Shown here: positions 18,499 to 29,200 of the stretch, in pieces | How positions within the stretch are numbered: position 1 is the stretch's first letter | Layout: every line of letters starts with the position of its first letter | NCBI GenBank assembly: GCA_963826115.1 | Contig: CAWGVS010000002.1 | Location: forward strand, 128,001 to 192,000 | Direction of reading: 5' to 3' | Length of the DNA: 64,000 bases | Source of the DNA: an uncultured Candidatus Rokubacteria bacterium | GTDB lineage: Bacteria; Methylomirabilota; Methylomirabilia; Rokubacteriales; DASRDR01 | Program-made: the position numbers and the translations under genes | The notes under the pieces: model-generated | The model's input: only the letters and a program-made list of their open reading frames with translations | Databases searched by the model: none | Told to the model about the DNA's origin: nothing

Positions 18499-19539
18499 GT
18501 GACGCGGGCCCGGGCGTCCGGCGAGGTCGCGGCTCCGGACCTCCTCCGCGACATCCTGCCGGGCGTCAGCCGTTCGTTCGCGCTCTCCCTCCGAGTCCTG
18601 CCCCGATCTCTCCGGCGCGCCTTCGGCGTGACCTATCTCGTCGCGCGGGCGGCGGACACGATCGCCGACACGCGGGCGCTCGCGCCCGCCAAGCGGCTCG
18701 GGACGCTCCATGCCCTCCGCGCCGCCCTCGACGACGGCGGGGCTCCGCCGGCGCCCGACGACTCCGCGGCCGGCGGGCACACGGCAGCCGAGCGCAGGCT
18801 CCTGGCCCGCCTTCCCGACGTCCTGACCGCCTATCACGCCCTCGCGCCCGACGACCGGGCGCGGGCGCGCGACGTCCTTCTCACGCTGACGCAGGCGATG
18901 GTCGAGGTCCTCGAGCGCTTTCCGCCGGAGATGGCGGCGCGGGTGGGCGCGCTCGACACGCGGGCGGACCTGGATCGCTACGTGCACATGAACGCCGGCT
19001 GCGTCGGCGAGTTCTGGACCGACATGGTGGCGGCGCACCGGCCGCGCTGCGCGGGCTGGGACCTCGCGGCGATGCGCGCGCGCGGCGCGCGCTTCGGCCA
19101 GGGGCTCCAGCTGGTCAACGTGCTCCGCGACCTGCCGCGCGACCTCCGGATCGGGCGGTGCTATGTCCCGCGCGCGGAGCTGACGGCGCTCGGGCTCGCG
19201 CCGGAGGACCTCTTGAACCCCGCCGCGCTCGCGCGCGTCCGCCCCCTGCTCCACGCCCTGATCGACGAGGCGCTCCGCCGGCTCGACGAGGGCCGCCGGT
19301 ACACGCTCGCCGTGCCCCGTCGCGAGGCTCGGCTCCGGCTGGCGTCGCTCTGGCCGCTCCTGATCGGGCTCGCCACGCTCGCCCGGCTCCGCGTCGCCGA
19401 GAACCTGCTCGAGCCCGCCGTCACGATCAAGGTGTCGCGCGGCGAGGTCCGCTGGATGCTCGCCCGCTCGCTCGCGCTCGTGTGGTCCGACCGCGCGCTC
19501 GACGCGTGGATCGAGCGCCTCGCCGCCGCCGCCCGCTGA
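18499..19539 (+). CDS. Squalene/phytoene synthase family (single-enzyme SQS-like)
   Basis: VSRSFALSL, YLVARAADTIAD, AGCVGEFWT and FGQGLQLVNVLRDLPRD...GRCYVP. Confidence 0.88.
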   Translation: MTRARASGEVAAPDLLRDILPGVSRSFALSLRVLPRSLRRAFGVTYLVARAADTIADTRALAPAKRLGTLHALRAALDDGGAPPAPDDSAAGGHTAAERRLLARLPDVLTAYHALAPDDRARARDVLLTLTQAMVEVLERFPPEMAARVGALDTRADLDRYVHMNAGCVGEFWTDMVAAHRPRCAGWDLAAMRARGARFGQGLQLVNVLRDLPRDLRIGRCYVPRAELTALGLAPEDLLNPAALARVRPLLHALIDEALRRLDEGRRYTLAVPRREARLRLASLWPLLIGLATLARLRVAENLLEPAVTIKVSRGEVRWMLARSLALVWSDRALDAWIERLAAAAR

Positions 19540-19558
19540 AGCCGGGGGCGGCCGCCGG

Positions 19559-20449
19559 CTAGGAGGCGCGCTCCTCCGGGGGCACGAGGTGGAGGAGCGC
19601 TTCCGGATCGACGCGCGCGCCGCCGAGCTGCACGGCGAAGTGGAGGTGCGGGCCCGTCACGCGCCCGGTCGCGCCCACGGTCCCGATGACCTGGCCGGCG
19701 CTCACGGCCTCGCCCGTGGCGATGCGAGCCTCGGTGAGATGGAAGTAGAAGCTGAAGAGGCCGAGGCCGTGGTCCAGCACCACGTTGCGTCCGGCGAAGA
19801 AGTGCTCGGCCACGAGCGCCGCCCGGCCCGCGTTCGCCGCGAGGACGAGCGTGCCGGCGGGGGCGGCCCAGTCGTAACCGGTGTGGGGGCTCCGCGGCTG
19901 CCCGTTGATGAGGCGGCGGAGCCCGAAGCCGCCGGTCGGCTGTCCCCCCTCCACCGGGATCCGGAACGGCCCCCGCCAGAGCCGCTCCGCCGCGCCCGCC
20001 GCGAGCGCCGCCTTGAGCTCGGCGCGCTCGACGTCGACGCGGGCGAGCGTGGGCGCGTCGAGGTCGACCATGCCCTTCGGCAAGGTCAGCTGCTGCGTCG
20101 GGAAGGTCCGCGGGCGCACGGTGACGGCGCCCGCCGCGAGCGCGCCGCCATTCTTGGCGGCGCTCGGCCGGGTGATGCGCCAGCCGACGGGGCCCGGGCG
20201 CACCTCGAGGTCGATTCCGACCAGCGCGGCCACGCCGCGCTCCGTCGGGAACACCGGGACCGCGCGGCCGTCCCATTCGGCGCGGGCCTCGGGCGGCGCG
20301 CCGGTGACCTCGAGAAGGACGATGTCGCCCGGCTGGGGACTGGGCGGCCGGACCGTCACCCGCACGGGCCCGTCGGTGCCCCCCCGCGCGCGCGAGGGCC
20401 GCGCGAGACCCAGGAGCGCGGCGCCGAGCAGGAAGGTGCGGCGTCTCAC
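19559..20449 (-). CDS. M23 family metallopeptidase
   Basis: Tat-like RRRTFLLG N-terminus, HTGYD (HxxxD), DHGLG and GATGRVTGPHLHF; GTGA overlap. Confidence 0.92.
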   Translation of the reverse strand: MRRRTFLLGAALLGLARPSRARGGTDGPVRVTVRPPSPQPGDIVLLEVTGAPPEARAEWDGRAVPVFPTERGVAALVGIDLEVRPGPVGWRITRPSAAKNGGALAAGAVTVRPRTFPTQQLTLPKGMVDLDAPTLARVDVERAELKAALAAGAAERLWRGPFRIPVEGGQPTGGFGLRRLINGQPRSPHTGYDWAAPAGTLVLAANAGRAALVAEHFFAGRNVVLDHGLGLFSFYFHLTEARIATGEAVSAGQVIGTVGATGRVTGPHLHFAVQLGGARVDPEALLHLVPPEERAS

Positions 20450-21330
20450 TCCGGCGTCGGCCCCGGCGGCTGCTGGCGCAGGAAGCGCTCGATCTCGGCC
20501 ACCAGGTCGGTCGTGTTCGGCAGGTCGCCGGGGGGCCGCGGCTCGGGCTCCTCCGCCTCCTGGTCCTTCGTCTCGAGGCGACGCACGTAGTTCGCGACCT
20601 TCCGGTTCTGCTGGAGCACCTCGGTCAGCTGGGAGTCGAACTGGGTCCCCGCCTCCTCCAGCTCCCGGTAGTCGAGGGGCCCGTCGAAGAGCCGGTTCGC
20701 GCGCTGGACCAGCGCCAGGGTCGCGCGCGGATTCTCCATCGCCGAGATGTAGTGCGGGACGTTCGCCCAGAGGCTCGCGGTCGCGAGGCCGTTCGCGCGG
20801 GCCGTCGAGGACAGCACCCCGACGATCCCGGTCGGCCCCTCGTAGCGGGTCGGGCGCACGCCGAGGACGGCGCCCAGCTCGGGATCGGTGGCGAAGCCCG
20901 TCAGCCGGACCGGACGGGTGTGCGGGACCTCGGCCAGGAGCGCGCCGAGGGTGACCACGAGGCCGACCTCCAGCTCCTTCGCGAAGTCGAGCACCGCGCG
21001 GCAGTACGTCTTCCAGCGGAGGTGGGGTTCGATCCCCACGCCGACGACGACGTCCCGGTTCGCCCGCGTGCAGAGGAAGAACTCCATCTCGGGCCAGACG
21101 ATCTCCCGCTCGAGCGTCCCCGGCACGAGGCGCACGAGCGGCCGCTGGAGACCGAAGTGGTAGAACTCCTCGGGGTCGAGGCTCGCGATCCGCTGGCCGT
21201 CCCACGCGCTCCGGAGGAAACGGGCCGCGTTGGTCGCCGACTCGGCGGCGTCGTTCCAGCCGGCGAAGGCCAGGAGCAGGACGGGCCGGCGGAGCCGCCC
21301 CGGACGCTCGTGGATCGTCACCTGGACCAT
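20446..21330 (-). CDS. PAC2-family protein (proteasome-assembly-chaperone-like)
   Basis: AFAGWNDAAE, DPEEFY, GIEPHLRW, LGALLAEVPHTRP, YEGPTGIVG, WANVPHY and EIERFL. Confidence 0.88.
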   Translation of the reverse strand: MVQVTIHERPGRLRRPVLLLAFAGWNDAAESATNAARFLRSAWDGQRIASLDPEEFYHFGLQRPLVRLVPGTLEREIVWPEMEFFLCTRANRDVVVGVGIEPHLRWKTYCRAVLDFAKELEVGLVVTLGALLAEVPHTRPVRLTGFATDPELGAVLGVRPTRYEGPTGIVGVLSSTARANGLATASLWANVPHYISAMENPRATLALVQRANRLFDGPLDYRELEEAGTQFDSQLTEVLQQNRKVANYVRRLETKDQEAEEPEPRPPGDLPNTTDLVAEIERFLRQQPPGPTPE

Positions 21331-21450
21331 TGATCGCCGCTCTCACGCCGGATTGTAGGGCGCGGCGCCCGCCGCCACAACCGGATTGTGCCGGGCGGCG
21401 ACGCAAGTGGCTGGCCCGCGCGGGGCCCTCGGCTATACTGGCGTCAAGCC

Positions 21451-22917
21451 GTGAGGAACCGTCACCGCGTTCCGGGTCTCCCCCTGACGTTCGCGCTCCT
21501 GCTGCTCCTCGTCGCGGGCGGCGCGCCTCTCCGGGCCCACGCGGCCAAGTCGTCCGACCTGATCGACGCCGTGGAGAACGTCCGCGCGACGGGCGACCTC
21601 GACAAGATGATCGCGCGGCGGCGGATCCGTGTCCTGCTCGTCTACAGCAAGACCTTCTACTTCCTCGACCGGGGCCGCCAGCGGGGCGCCACCTACGACT
21701 TCATGCGGGCCTTCGAGGACGACCTCAACAAGCGCCTCGGGACGGGGCATCTCCGGGTCCAGGCCGTCTTCATCCCGGTGGGGCGGGACGAGCTGCTTCC
21801 GGGCCTCGTGGAGGGCCGGGGAGACATCGCGGCCGCCAACCTGACGATCACCGACGAGCGCCGACAGCAGGTCGACTTCTCGAATCCGATCGGCACCGGC
21901 GTGGACGAGATCGTCGTCACCGGGCCCGCCTCGCCCCCGATCGAGAACGTCCAGGACCTCGCCGGCCAGGAGGTCTTCGTCCGCAAGTCGAGCAGCTACT
22001 ACGAGAGCCTGGTGCGCCTGAACGCCGAGCTCGAGAAGGCGGGCAAGAAGCCCGTGCGCTTGAAGCTCGCGCCCGAGACCCTCGAGGACGAGGACCTCCT
22101 CGAGATGGTCAACGCCGGCCTGGTGAGGCTGGTCGTCGTCGACAGCCACAAGGCCGAGTTCTGGACCCAGATCTTCCCGAAGATCAAGCTCCACCCGGAG
22201 GCGGCGGTCCGGACCGGCGGCGAGATCGCGTGGGCGTTCCGGAAGAACAGCCCCAAGCTCGCCGCGGCGGTGAACCGCTTCATCGCGGCGAACCGCAAGG
22301 GGACGAACCTCGGAAACCAGATCTTCAACCGCTACCTGCGGAGCGCGAAGTACGTGCAGAACGCGCTCGATCCGGACGGGCTCCGGAAGTACGAGCAGAC
22401 CGTCGCGCTGTTCCGCAAGTACGGCGAGCGCTACGACTTCGACGCGCTCATGCTGACAGCCCAGGGGTACCAGGAGTCCCAGCTGGACAACCAGCGCCGG
22501 AGCCACGCGGGCGCGGTCGGCGTGATGCAGGTCCTGCCGTCGACGGGCAAGGAGATGCAGGTCGGGGACATCAGTCAGCTCGATCCGAACATCCACGCCG
22601 GGACCAAGTACCTCCGGTTCATGGTGGACCGCTACTTCAAGGACGCCCCCATGGACCCGGTGGACAAGATGCTCTTCGCCTTCGCCTCGTACAACGCGGG
22701 GCCCGCGAAGATTGCGCGGCTCCGGAAGGAGGCGAAGGCGGCGGGCCTCGACCCGAACGTGTGGTTCAACAACGTCGAGCGGATCGCCGCGAAACGGATC
22801 GGCCGCGAGACGGTGCAGTACGTGAGCAACATCTTCAAGTATTACGTCGCCTACAAGCTCGTCGAGGACGAGCGGCAGGAACGGGAGCGCGCCAAGGAGC
22901 AGAAGCCCACCGGGTAG
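21451..22917 (+). CDS. MltF-like lytic transglycosylase (SBP family 3 + SLT domains)
   Basis: GDIAAANLTIT, VRKSSSY, AQGYQES, GAVGVMQV, ASYNAGP and ETVQYV; TATACT -10 upstream. Confidence 0.9.
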   Translation: MRNRHRVPGLPLTFALLLLLVAGGAPLRAHAAKSSDLIDAVENVRATGDLDKMIARRRIRVLLVYSKTFYFLDRGRQRGATYDFMRAFEDDLNKRLGTGHLRVQAVFIPVGRDELLPGLVEGRGDIAAANLTITDERRQQVDFSNPIGTGVDEIVVTGPASPPIENVQDLAGQEVFVRKSSSYYESLVRLNAELEKAGKKPVRLKLAPETLEDEDLLEMVNAGLVRLVVVDSHKAEFWTQIFPKIKLHPEAAVRTGGEIAWAFRKNSPKLAAAVNRFIAANRKGTNLGNQIFNRYLRSAKYVQNALDPDGLRKYEQTVALFRKYGERYDFDALMLTAQGYQESQLDNQRRSHAGAVGVMQVLPSTGKEMQVGDISQLDPNIHAGTKYLRFMVDRYFKDAPMDPVDKMLFAFASYNAGPAKIARLRKEAKAAGLDPNVWFNNVERIAAKRIGRETVQYVSNIFKYYVAYKLVEDERQERERAKEQKPTG

Positions 22918-22944
22918 ACCGGGCCGGGCTATGATCCCCGCGGC

Positions 22945-24408
22945 ATGAGCCACGATCTCGTCGTGCGGGGCGGGACGGTCGTCACCGACACCGAGACCCT
23001 CCGGTGCGACGTCGGCGTCGACGGGGGCCGGATCACGGCGCTGGGCGAGACGCTGCCGCCGGGGCGCCGCGAGCTCGACGCCCGCGACCTCTACGTCCTC
23101 CCGGGCGGGATCGACAGCCACGTCCACATCGAGCAGCTCTCCTCGGCCGGCGTCGTGTGTGCGGACGACTTCCACTCCGGCACCGTGGCCGCGGCCTTCG
23201 GCGGCACCACCACCGTGGTCCCCTTCGCCGCCCAGCACCGGGGGATGAAGCTCCGGGCCGTCGTCGAGGACTACCACCGGCGGGCCACCGAGAAGGCGGT
23301 CATCGACTACGCGTTCCACCTGATCCTCGCCGATCCGACGGAGGAGGCGCTCCGCGAGGACCTGCCGCGGCTCGTCGCGGAAGGCATCACCTCGTTGAAG
23401 GTCTACATGACCTACGACCGCCTCCGCGTGACCGACGAGCAGCTCCTCGACGTCCTGGCCGCGGCCCGGCGGCTCGGCGCCCTCACCATGGTCCACGCCG
23501 AGAACCACGGCATGATCGCCTGGCTGTCGCACCGCCTCGTCGACGCCGGCGCGACCGCCCCGCGCTACCACGCCATCGCGCATCCGCGCGTGGCGGAAGG
23601 CGAGGCGGTCCAGCGCGCGATCGCGCTCGCCGAGCTGATCGACGTGCCCGTCCTGATCGTGCACGTGTCGGACGCGGCGGGGGCGAGCGCGATCCACCGG
23701 GCGCAGGCGCGCGGCCTCCGCGTCTACGGCGAGACCTGCCCCCAGTACCTCTTCCTCACCGCGGAGGATCTCGACCGCCCCGGGCTCGAGGGTGCGAAGT
23801 ACGGCTGTAGCCCCCCGCCGCGGGACCGCGCGTCGCACGAGGCGATCTGGCGGGGCCTCGTCGACGGGACGTTCCAGGCCTACTCGTCCGACCACGCGCC
23901 GTACCGCTTCGACGAGTCGGGCAAGCTCCCGAAGGGCGAGCGCACGACGTTCAAGGACATGGCCAACGGCGTGCCCGGGATCGAGCTCCGGCTGCCGCTG
24001 CTCTTCTCGGAGGGCGTCGGCGGGGGCCGCCTCTCGTTGAACGAGTTCGTGGCCCTCGGCGCGACCAACCACGCGAAGCTCTACGGGCTCTACCCCCGCA
24101 AGGGCACGATCACGCTCGGGGCGGACGCGGACCTCGCGCTCTGGGATCCCCGGCGCCGCGTCCGCGTCGCGTGGTCCATGCTCCACGACCGCACGGGCTA
24201 CACCCCTTACGAGGGCCGCGAGCTCACGGGGTGGCCGGTCACGGTGGTCTCCCGCGGGCGGGTCGTCGTCCACGAGGGCCGGCTCGACGCCGAGCCGGGC
24301 TCGGGACAGTTCGTGCCGGCCACGCCCTCTGCCTGGGCGCGCCCGCGCGGAGTGGCCGTGCCCGAGCTGGCGCGGCTCCGGGAGCTCGGCCCCGCCCTCG
24401 ACCTCTAG
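22945..24408 (+). CDS. hydA: Dihydropyrimidinase / D-hydantoinase
   Basis: PGGIDSHVH, AAAFGGTTT, GITSLKVYMTY, VHAEN, ETCPQYL, SSDHAP, NGVPGIE and GADADLALWDP. Confidence 0.9.
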   Translation: MSHDLVVRGGTVVTDTETLRCDVGVDGGRITALGETLPPGRRELDARDLYVLPGGIDSHVHIEQLSSAGVVCADDFHSGTVAAAFGGTTTVVPFAAQHRGMKLRAVVEDYHRRATEKAVIDYAFHLILADPTEEALREDLPRLVAEGITSLKVYMTYDRLRVTDEQLLDVLAAARRLGALTMVHAENHGMIAWLSHRLVDAGATAPRYHAIAHPRVAEGEAVQRAIALAELIDVPVLIVHVSDAAGASAIHRAQARGLRVYGETCPQYLFLTAEDLDRPGLEGAKYGCSPPPRDRASHEAIWRGLVDGTFQAYSSDHAPYRFDESGKLPKGERTTFKDMANGVPGIELRLPLLFSEGVGGGRLSLNEFVALGATNHAKLYGLYPRKGTITLGADADLALWDPRRRVRVAWSMLHDRTGYTPYEGRELTGWPVTVVSRGRVVVHEGRLDAEPGSGQFVPATPSAWARPRGVAVPELARLRELGPALDL

Positions 24409-24460
24409 GCGCCGACCCGTCGCCTCACGCGATGAACAGGCAGTAGAGCGCGACCGGGTA

Positions 24461-25177
24461 GTGAGCCGACGGGACCGGGGCGGACGGAGTCAGGCGCCCG
24501 CGAGCGCGGTCCCCCCGGGGCCGCCGCCGGCCATCGCGTCCGGCGGACCCATGTGGCGCGCGATCCGGCTCGTCCTCGTCGTGGCGCGCAACGGGGTGGG
24601 GATCGTCGGCACCCTGGTCTTCGGCTGGTCGGCCTCGACGCTGATCCTGCTCTACTTTGCGGACACGCTCGCCGGCATGTGGGCGGTGTTCGCCGCCGCC
24701 GGCTACAAGTTCAGCTCCGCCGACCCGCGCCTGGGGGTCTGGAGCGTCGTGGAAGGCGCCGTGAGCGCCTCCCTGGTCGCGCTCTTCCTGACGGCGGTGG
24801 TCGCGGTGCCGCTCGGCGTGCCCGTCATCATCCTGTTCGGGGCGTCGAGCATCGGCTGGGGCCAGCTGGGGGCCGATCCGACGCTCTCCACCGGGATCCT
24901 CGTCGTGGCGCTGATCGCGATCGTCGGCGCGGTCCGGCACGTCTTCACGCTGGCCGAGGGCGCGGCGGGAGACGCGCTGGTCAAGCGGACGTTCGGGATC
25001 CTGATGACCCGCTGGGTGCTGGTGCTGATGGCGATCTACTCCCTGGTCGGGATCGCCGGCCGCGCCGCGCTCTACGTCGTGGTGGCGGCCTACGGCGTGG
25101 CCGGCGCGTGGAGCGAGCTCGACCCCGAGCGCTTCACCCGCCTCTTCCCCGCCCGCCGCCCGCCCGCCGCGCGGTAG
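24461..25177 (+). CDS. Hypothetical multi-pass membrane protein
   Basis: About six hydrophobic segments; the start may instead be ATG 24551. Confidence 0.7.
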   Translation: MSRRDRGGRSQAPASAVPPGPPPAIASGGPMWRAIRLVLVVARNGVGIVGTLVFGWSASTLILLYFADTLAGMWAVFAAAGYKFSSADPRLGVWSVVEGAVSASLVALFLTAVVAVPLGVPVIILFGASSIGWGQLGADPTLSTGILVVALIAIVGAVRHVFTLAEGAAGDALVKRTFGILMTRWVLVLMAIYSLVGIAGRAALYVVVAAYGVAGAWSELDPERFTRLFPARRPPAAR

Positions 25178-25192
25178 CGGCGGCCGGCGGGC

Positions 25193-26218
25193 TCACCCGC
25201 CGGCGGCGACGCGGCGACGGACCTCGGGCAGCACGGCGCGCCCGAGCAGCTCGAGGCTCGCCATGACGTCCTCCTGCGGCATCCCGGGCCAGCTGACGCG
25301 CATGGTCGCGTGCGTCACGCCGGCCCGGCGCTGGGCGAGGAGCGCCTCGACCACCTGCGCCGGCGAGCCGACCGCGAAGCGATTCGCGGCAAGGCGCCGG
25401 AGCTGCGTCGCCGGCGGCGCGGCCGGGTCGAGGGTGATGCCGGGAATCCCCCACGCGAGGTAGGCCGCGTACTTGGTCAGGAGGAACGGCGCGGCCCGCC
25501 GGATCGCCGTCTCCTCGTCGGGCCCGCACGCGACCTCGATCAGGCGCCCGACGTAGGGGCTGGGAGGGAGCCCGGCCTCCGCGCGGGCGCGCGCGAACTC
25601 GGTCGCCTGGACGGCGAACTCGTCCACGGTCGGCACCGGGACCACCAGCCAGCCATCGCCGATGCGGGCCGCGCGGGCGATGCCCGCCGGCACCTGAGAG
25701 CCGACGAGGATCGGCGGCCGCGGCGACTGGACCGGCCGCGGGCGGATCGTCACGTCGTCGAGCCGCCAGTGACGGCCGTGGTGGGTGACGCGGTCCTCGG
25801 TCCAGAGCCGCCGGATGATCTCGACGCCCTCGACCAGCCGGCTGACACGCTCGGCCATCGGCACGCCGAAGATGGCGAACTCCTCGGGCCGGTAGCCGAG
25901 TCCCACGCCCAGGACGAACCGGCCGCCGGTGATGACGTCCAGAAAGGCGCCGATCTCCGCGACCTCGACGGGATTGTGGAGCGGCAAGAGGACCAGGTTC
26001 GTGCCAAGCCCGAGGCCCTCGGCCTCGGGCGCGAGCCGCTGGAGGAACGGGAGCAGCGGGAAGTAGTGGAACCCCGGCGTGGCGTGGTGCTCCCCGCCCC
26101 AGATGGAGTCGAAGCCGAGCGCGCGGATGAGGCGCACCTGCTCGACCGTCTCGGCGAACCGGCGCGCCGGGTCGTCCGTCGCCGGATGCTGCGCGTTGAC
26201 GTAGATGCCGAGGTGCAC
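25193..26218 (-). CDS. LLM-class (luciferase-like) flavin-dependent oxidoreductase
   Basis: GFDSIWGGEHH, PLHNPVEVAE, GRFVLGVGLGYR and PRPVQSPRPPI; GAGGAG RBS. Confidence 0.92.
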   Translation of the reverse strand: MHLGIYVNAQHPATDDPARRFAETVEQVRLIRALGFDSIWGGEHHATPGFHYFPLLPFLQRLAPEAEGLGLGTNLVLLPLHNPVEVAEIGAFLDVITGGRFVLGVGLGYRPEEFAIFGVPMAERVSRLVEGVEIIRRLWTEDRVTHHGRHWRLDDVTIRPRPVQSPRPPILVGSQVPAGIARAARIGDGWLVVPVPTVDEFAVQATEFARARAEAGLPPSPYVGRLIEVACGPDEETAIRRAAPFLLTKYAAYLAWGIPGITLDPAAPPATQLRRLAANRFAVGSPAQVVEALLAQRRAGVTHATMRVSWPGMPQEDVMASLELLGRAVLPEVRRRVAAGG

Positions 26219-26299
26219 GCGTCACTCCTCGCCGGCCGCGGCCGGACTCGATGGGTCCCGCGCGGCCACCGCCGCGGGCCATAGGGTACACTCGCTTCC

Positions 26300-29200
26300 A
26301 TGGATGCGCTGGCTGGCTTCCACCCCGCCATCCGCGCCTGGTTCGCGCGCCGGTTCCCGGCCGGCCCCACGGACCCCCAGGCCCTCGGCTGGCCGGCGAT
26401 CGCCGCCGGCGAGGACACCCTGATCGCCGCGCCGACCGGGTCGGGGAAGACGCTGGCGGCGTTCCTCGTCGGCATCGACCGGCTCCTCCGTGCGGCGACG
26501 GCCGAGCCCGGCGGCGAGCCGGTCACCGAGGTCGTCTACGTGTCGCCGCTGAAGGCGCTCGCGGTCGACATCCGCGAGAACCTGGAGCGCCCGCTGGCGG
26601 AGATCCGGGAGGTGGCGCGGGAGCTCGGGCTCACCCTCCCCGACCTCCGCGTCGTGGCCCGCACGGGGGACACCTCGCCGAGCGCGCGGGCGGCCATGCT
26701 CCGCCAGCCGCCGCACCTCCTCATCACGACGCCCGAGTCCCTCTACCTTCTCGTGACCGCGGCCCGGAGCCGGGAGCGCCTCCGCGGCGTGCGCACCGTG
26801 ATCGTCGACGAGATCCACGCGGTGGCGCGCGACAAGCGTGGCTCCCACCTCGCGCTCACCCTCGAGCGCCTGGACGCCCTCGCGAAGAGCCGGCCGCAGC
26901 GCATCGGGCTCTCGGCCACGCAGCGGCCGATCGAGACGATCGCGCGCCTCCTGGTCGGCGCCGGCGCGGACCGGACCGCGCCGGGCGGCGCGCCCGCGTG
27001 CCGCGTCGTGGACCTCGGCCACCGGCGCGACCTCGACCTCGCGATCGAGCTGCCGGACAGCGAGCTGGAGGCCGTCGCATCCCACGAGCAGTGGGGCGAG
27101 ATCCTGGACCGCATCGCGATGCACGTGCGGGCCCATCGCACGACGCTCGTCTTCGTGAACACGCGGCGGCTCGCCGAGCGCGTGGCGCATCTCCTGGGCG
27201 AGCGGCTCGGCGAGGGCCAGGTCGCCGCCCACCACGGAAGCCTGTCCAAGGACCGCCGGCTCCAGCTCGAGACGCGCCTCCGCGCGGGCGAGCTCGGCGC
27301 GCTGGTCGCGACCGCCTCCCTCGAGCTCGGCATCGACATCGGTCCGGTCGAGCTCGTGTGCCAGATCGGCTCCCCGCGGAGCATCGCCACGCTCCTCCAG
27401 CGGATCGGCCGCTCGGGCCACGCCCGCGGCGCGGTGGCGAAGGGCCGGCTCTACCCCACCACCCGCGACGAGCTGGTCGAGATGACGGCGCTGTTGCGCG
27501 CGGTCCGCGCGGGGCAGCTCGACCGGGTGCTCCCTCCGCGGGCGCCGCTCGACGTCCTCGCGCAGCAGATCGTGGCCGCGTGCGCGACGGACGCGTGGCC
27601 TGAGACGGAGCTCTTCGACCGCGTCCGGCGCGCGGCGCCCTACGCGGACCTCGCGCGCGCCGACTTCGACGCCGTCGTCGAGATGCTCTCGGACGGCATC
27701 CAGACCGGGCGCGGGCGCCGCGGAGCGTACCTCCACCGGGACCGCGTGCACGGCGTCCTGCGCGGCCGGCGGAGCGCGCGGCTTGCCGCCATCACGTCGG
27801 GCGGCGCCATCCCGGAAACCGCGGATTATCGCGTCGTCGCCGACCCGGACGACACCACGGTCGGCACCGTCAACGAGGATTGGGCGATCGAGAGCATGCA
27901 GGGGGACGTGTTCCTCCTGGGCAGCACGTCCTGGCGGATCCGGCGGGTCGAGGCGGGCGTCGTGCGCGTGGTGAATGCCGAGGGCGCGCCGCCGACCGTG
28001 CCCTTCTGGTTGGGCGAGGCCCCGGCGCGCACCGCGGAGGCCTCGCTGGCCGTGTCGGCGCTCCGCGAGGCCCTGGATGAGCGGCTCCACGCGGGCGACC
28101 TCGCCGCGGCGGCCGCGTGGCTCGCCCCCGAGGCGGGCATCGACGCGCGGGTCGCGACGGAGGTCGTCCGCTATCTCGGCGCCGCGCGCGGGGCCCTCGG
28201 CGTGCTCCCGACCCAGCGGCGCGTCGTCTTCGAGCGCTTCTTCGACGAGGCCGGCGGGATGCAGCTCGTCGTCCACGCGCCGTACGGGGGCCGGATCAAC
28301 CGGGCCCTCGGCCTCGCCCTCCGCAAGCGCTTCTGCCGGCGCTTCGACTTCGAGCTCCAGGCCGCGGCCAGCGACGACGCGGTCGTGCTGTCGCTCGGCC
28401 CGGGCCAGAGCTTCCCGCTCCCGGACGTGCCGCAGTTCCTGACCCCCGAGAACGCGGAGGAGGTGCTCGCGCAGGCGCTCCTCCTGTCGCCGATGTTCCA
28501 GGTGCGGTGGCGCTGGAACCTCGGCCGCGCCCTGATGGTGCTGCGGCAGCGCGGCGGGCGGCGGACGCCGCCGCCGATCCAGCGGATGGAGGCCGACGAC
28601 CTGATGGCCGCGGTCTTCCCCGCCCTCGCCGGGTGCCAGGAGAACGCCGGCGCCGGGCCGATCCCGATCCCTGACCACCCGATCGTGCGCCAGACGATGC
28701 ACGACTGCCTCCACGAGGCGACCGACGCGGACGGCCTCGTCCGCCTCTTCGAGGGCTTCCGGAGCGGCGCGGTCGAGCCGGTGTTCCGGGAGACGACCGA
28801 GCCCTCGCCGCTCGCGCACGAGATCCTCAACGGCCGGCCCTACACGTTCCTCGACGACGCACCCCTCGAGGAGCGGCGGACGCGCGCGGTCGCGCTCCGG
28901 CGGGGGCTCCCGGAGGCCGCGCGCGACTTGGGACAGCTCGACCCGGAGGCGATCGCCCGCGTGCGCGAGGAAGCGCGCCCCGATTGCCGCGACGCCGAGG
29001 AGCTCCACGACCTCCTCCTGGAGCTGGTGGTGCTCCGCCCCGAGCCCGCCTATGACGCCTGGTTCCGGGCGCTCGCCGACGCGGGGCGCGCCGCGCGTGT
29101 CCGCACCGCCGCGGGCCCGCTCTGGCTCGCCGCGGAGCAGCGGCCCCGCGTGGCCGCCCTGTTCCCCGGCGTGCCGATCGAGCCGGACGTCCGCGTGCCT

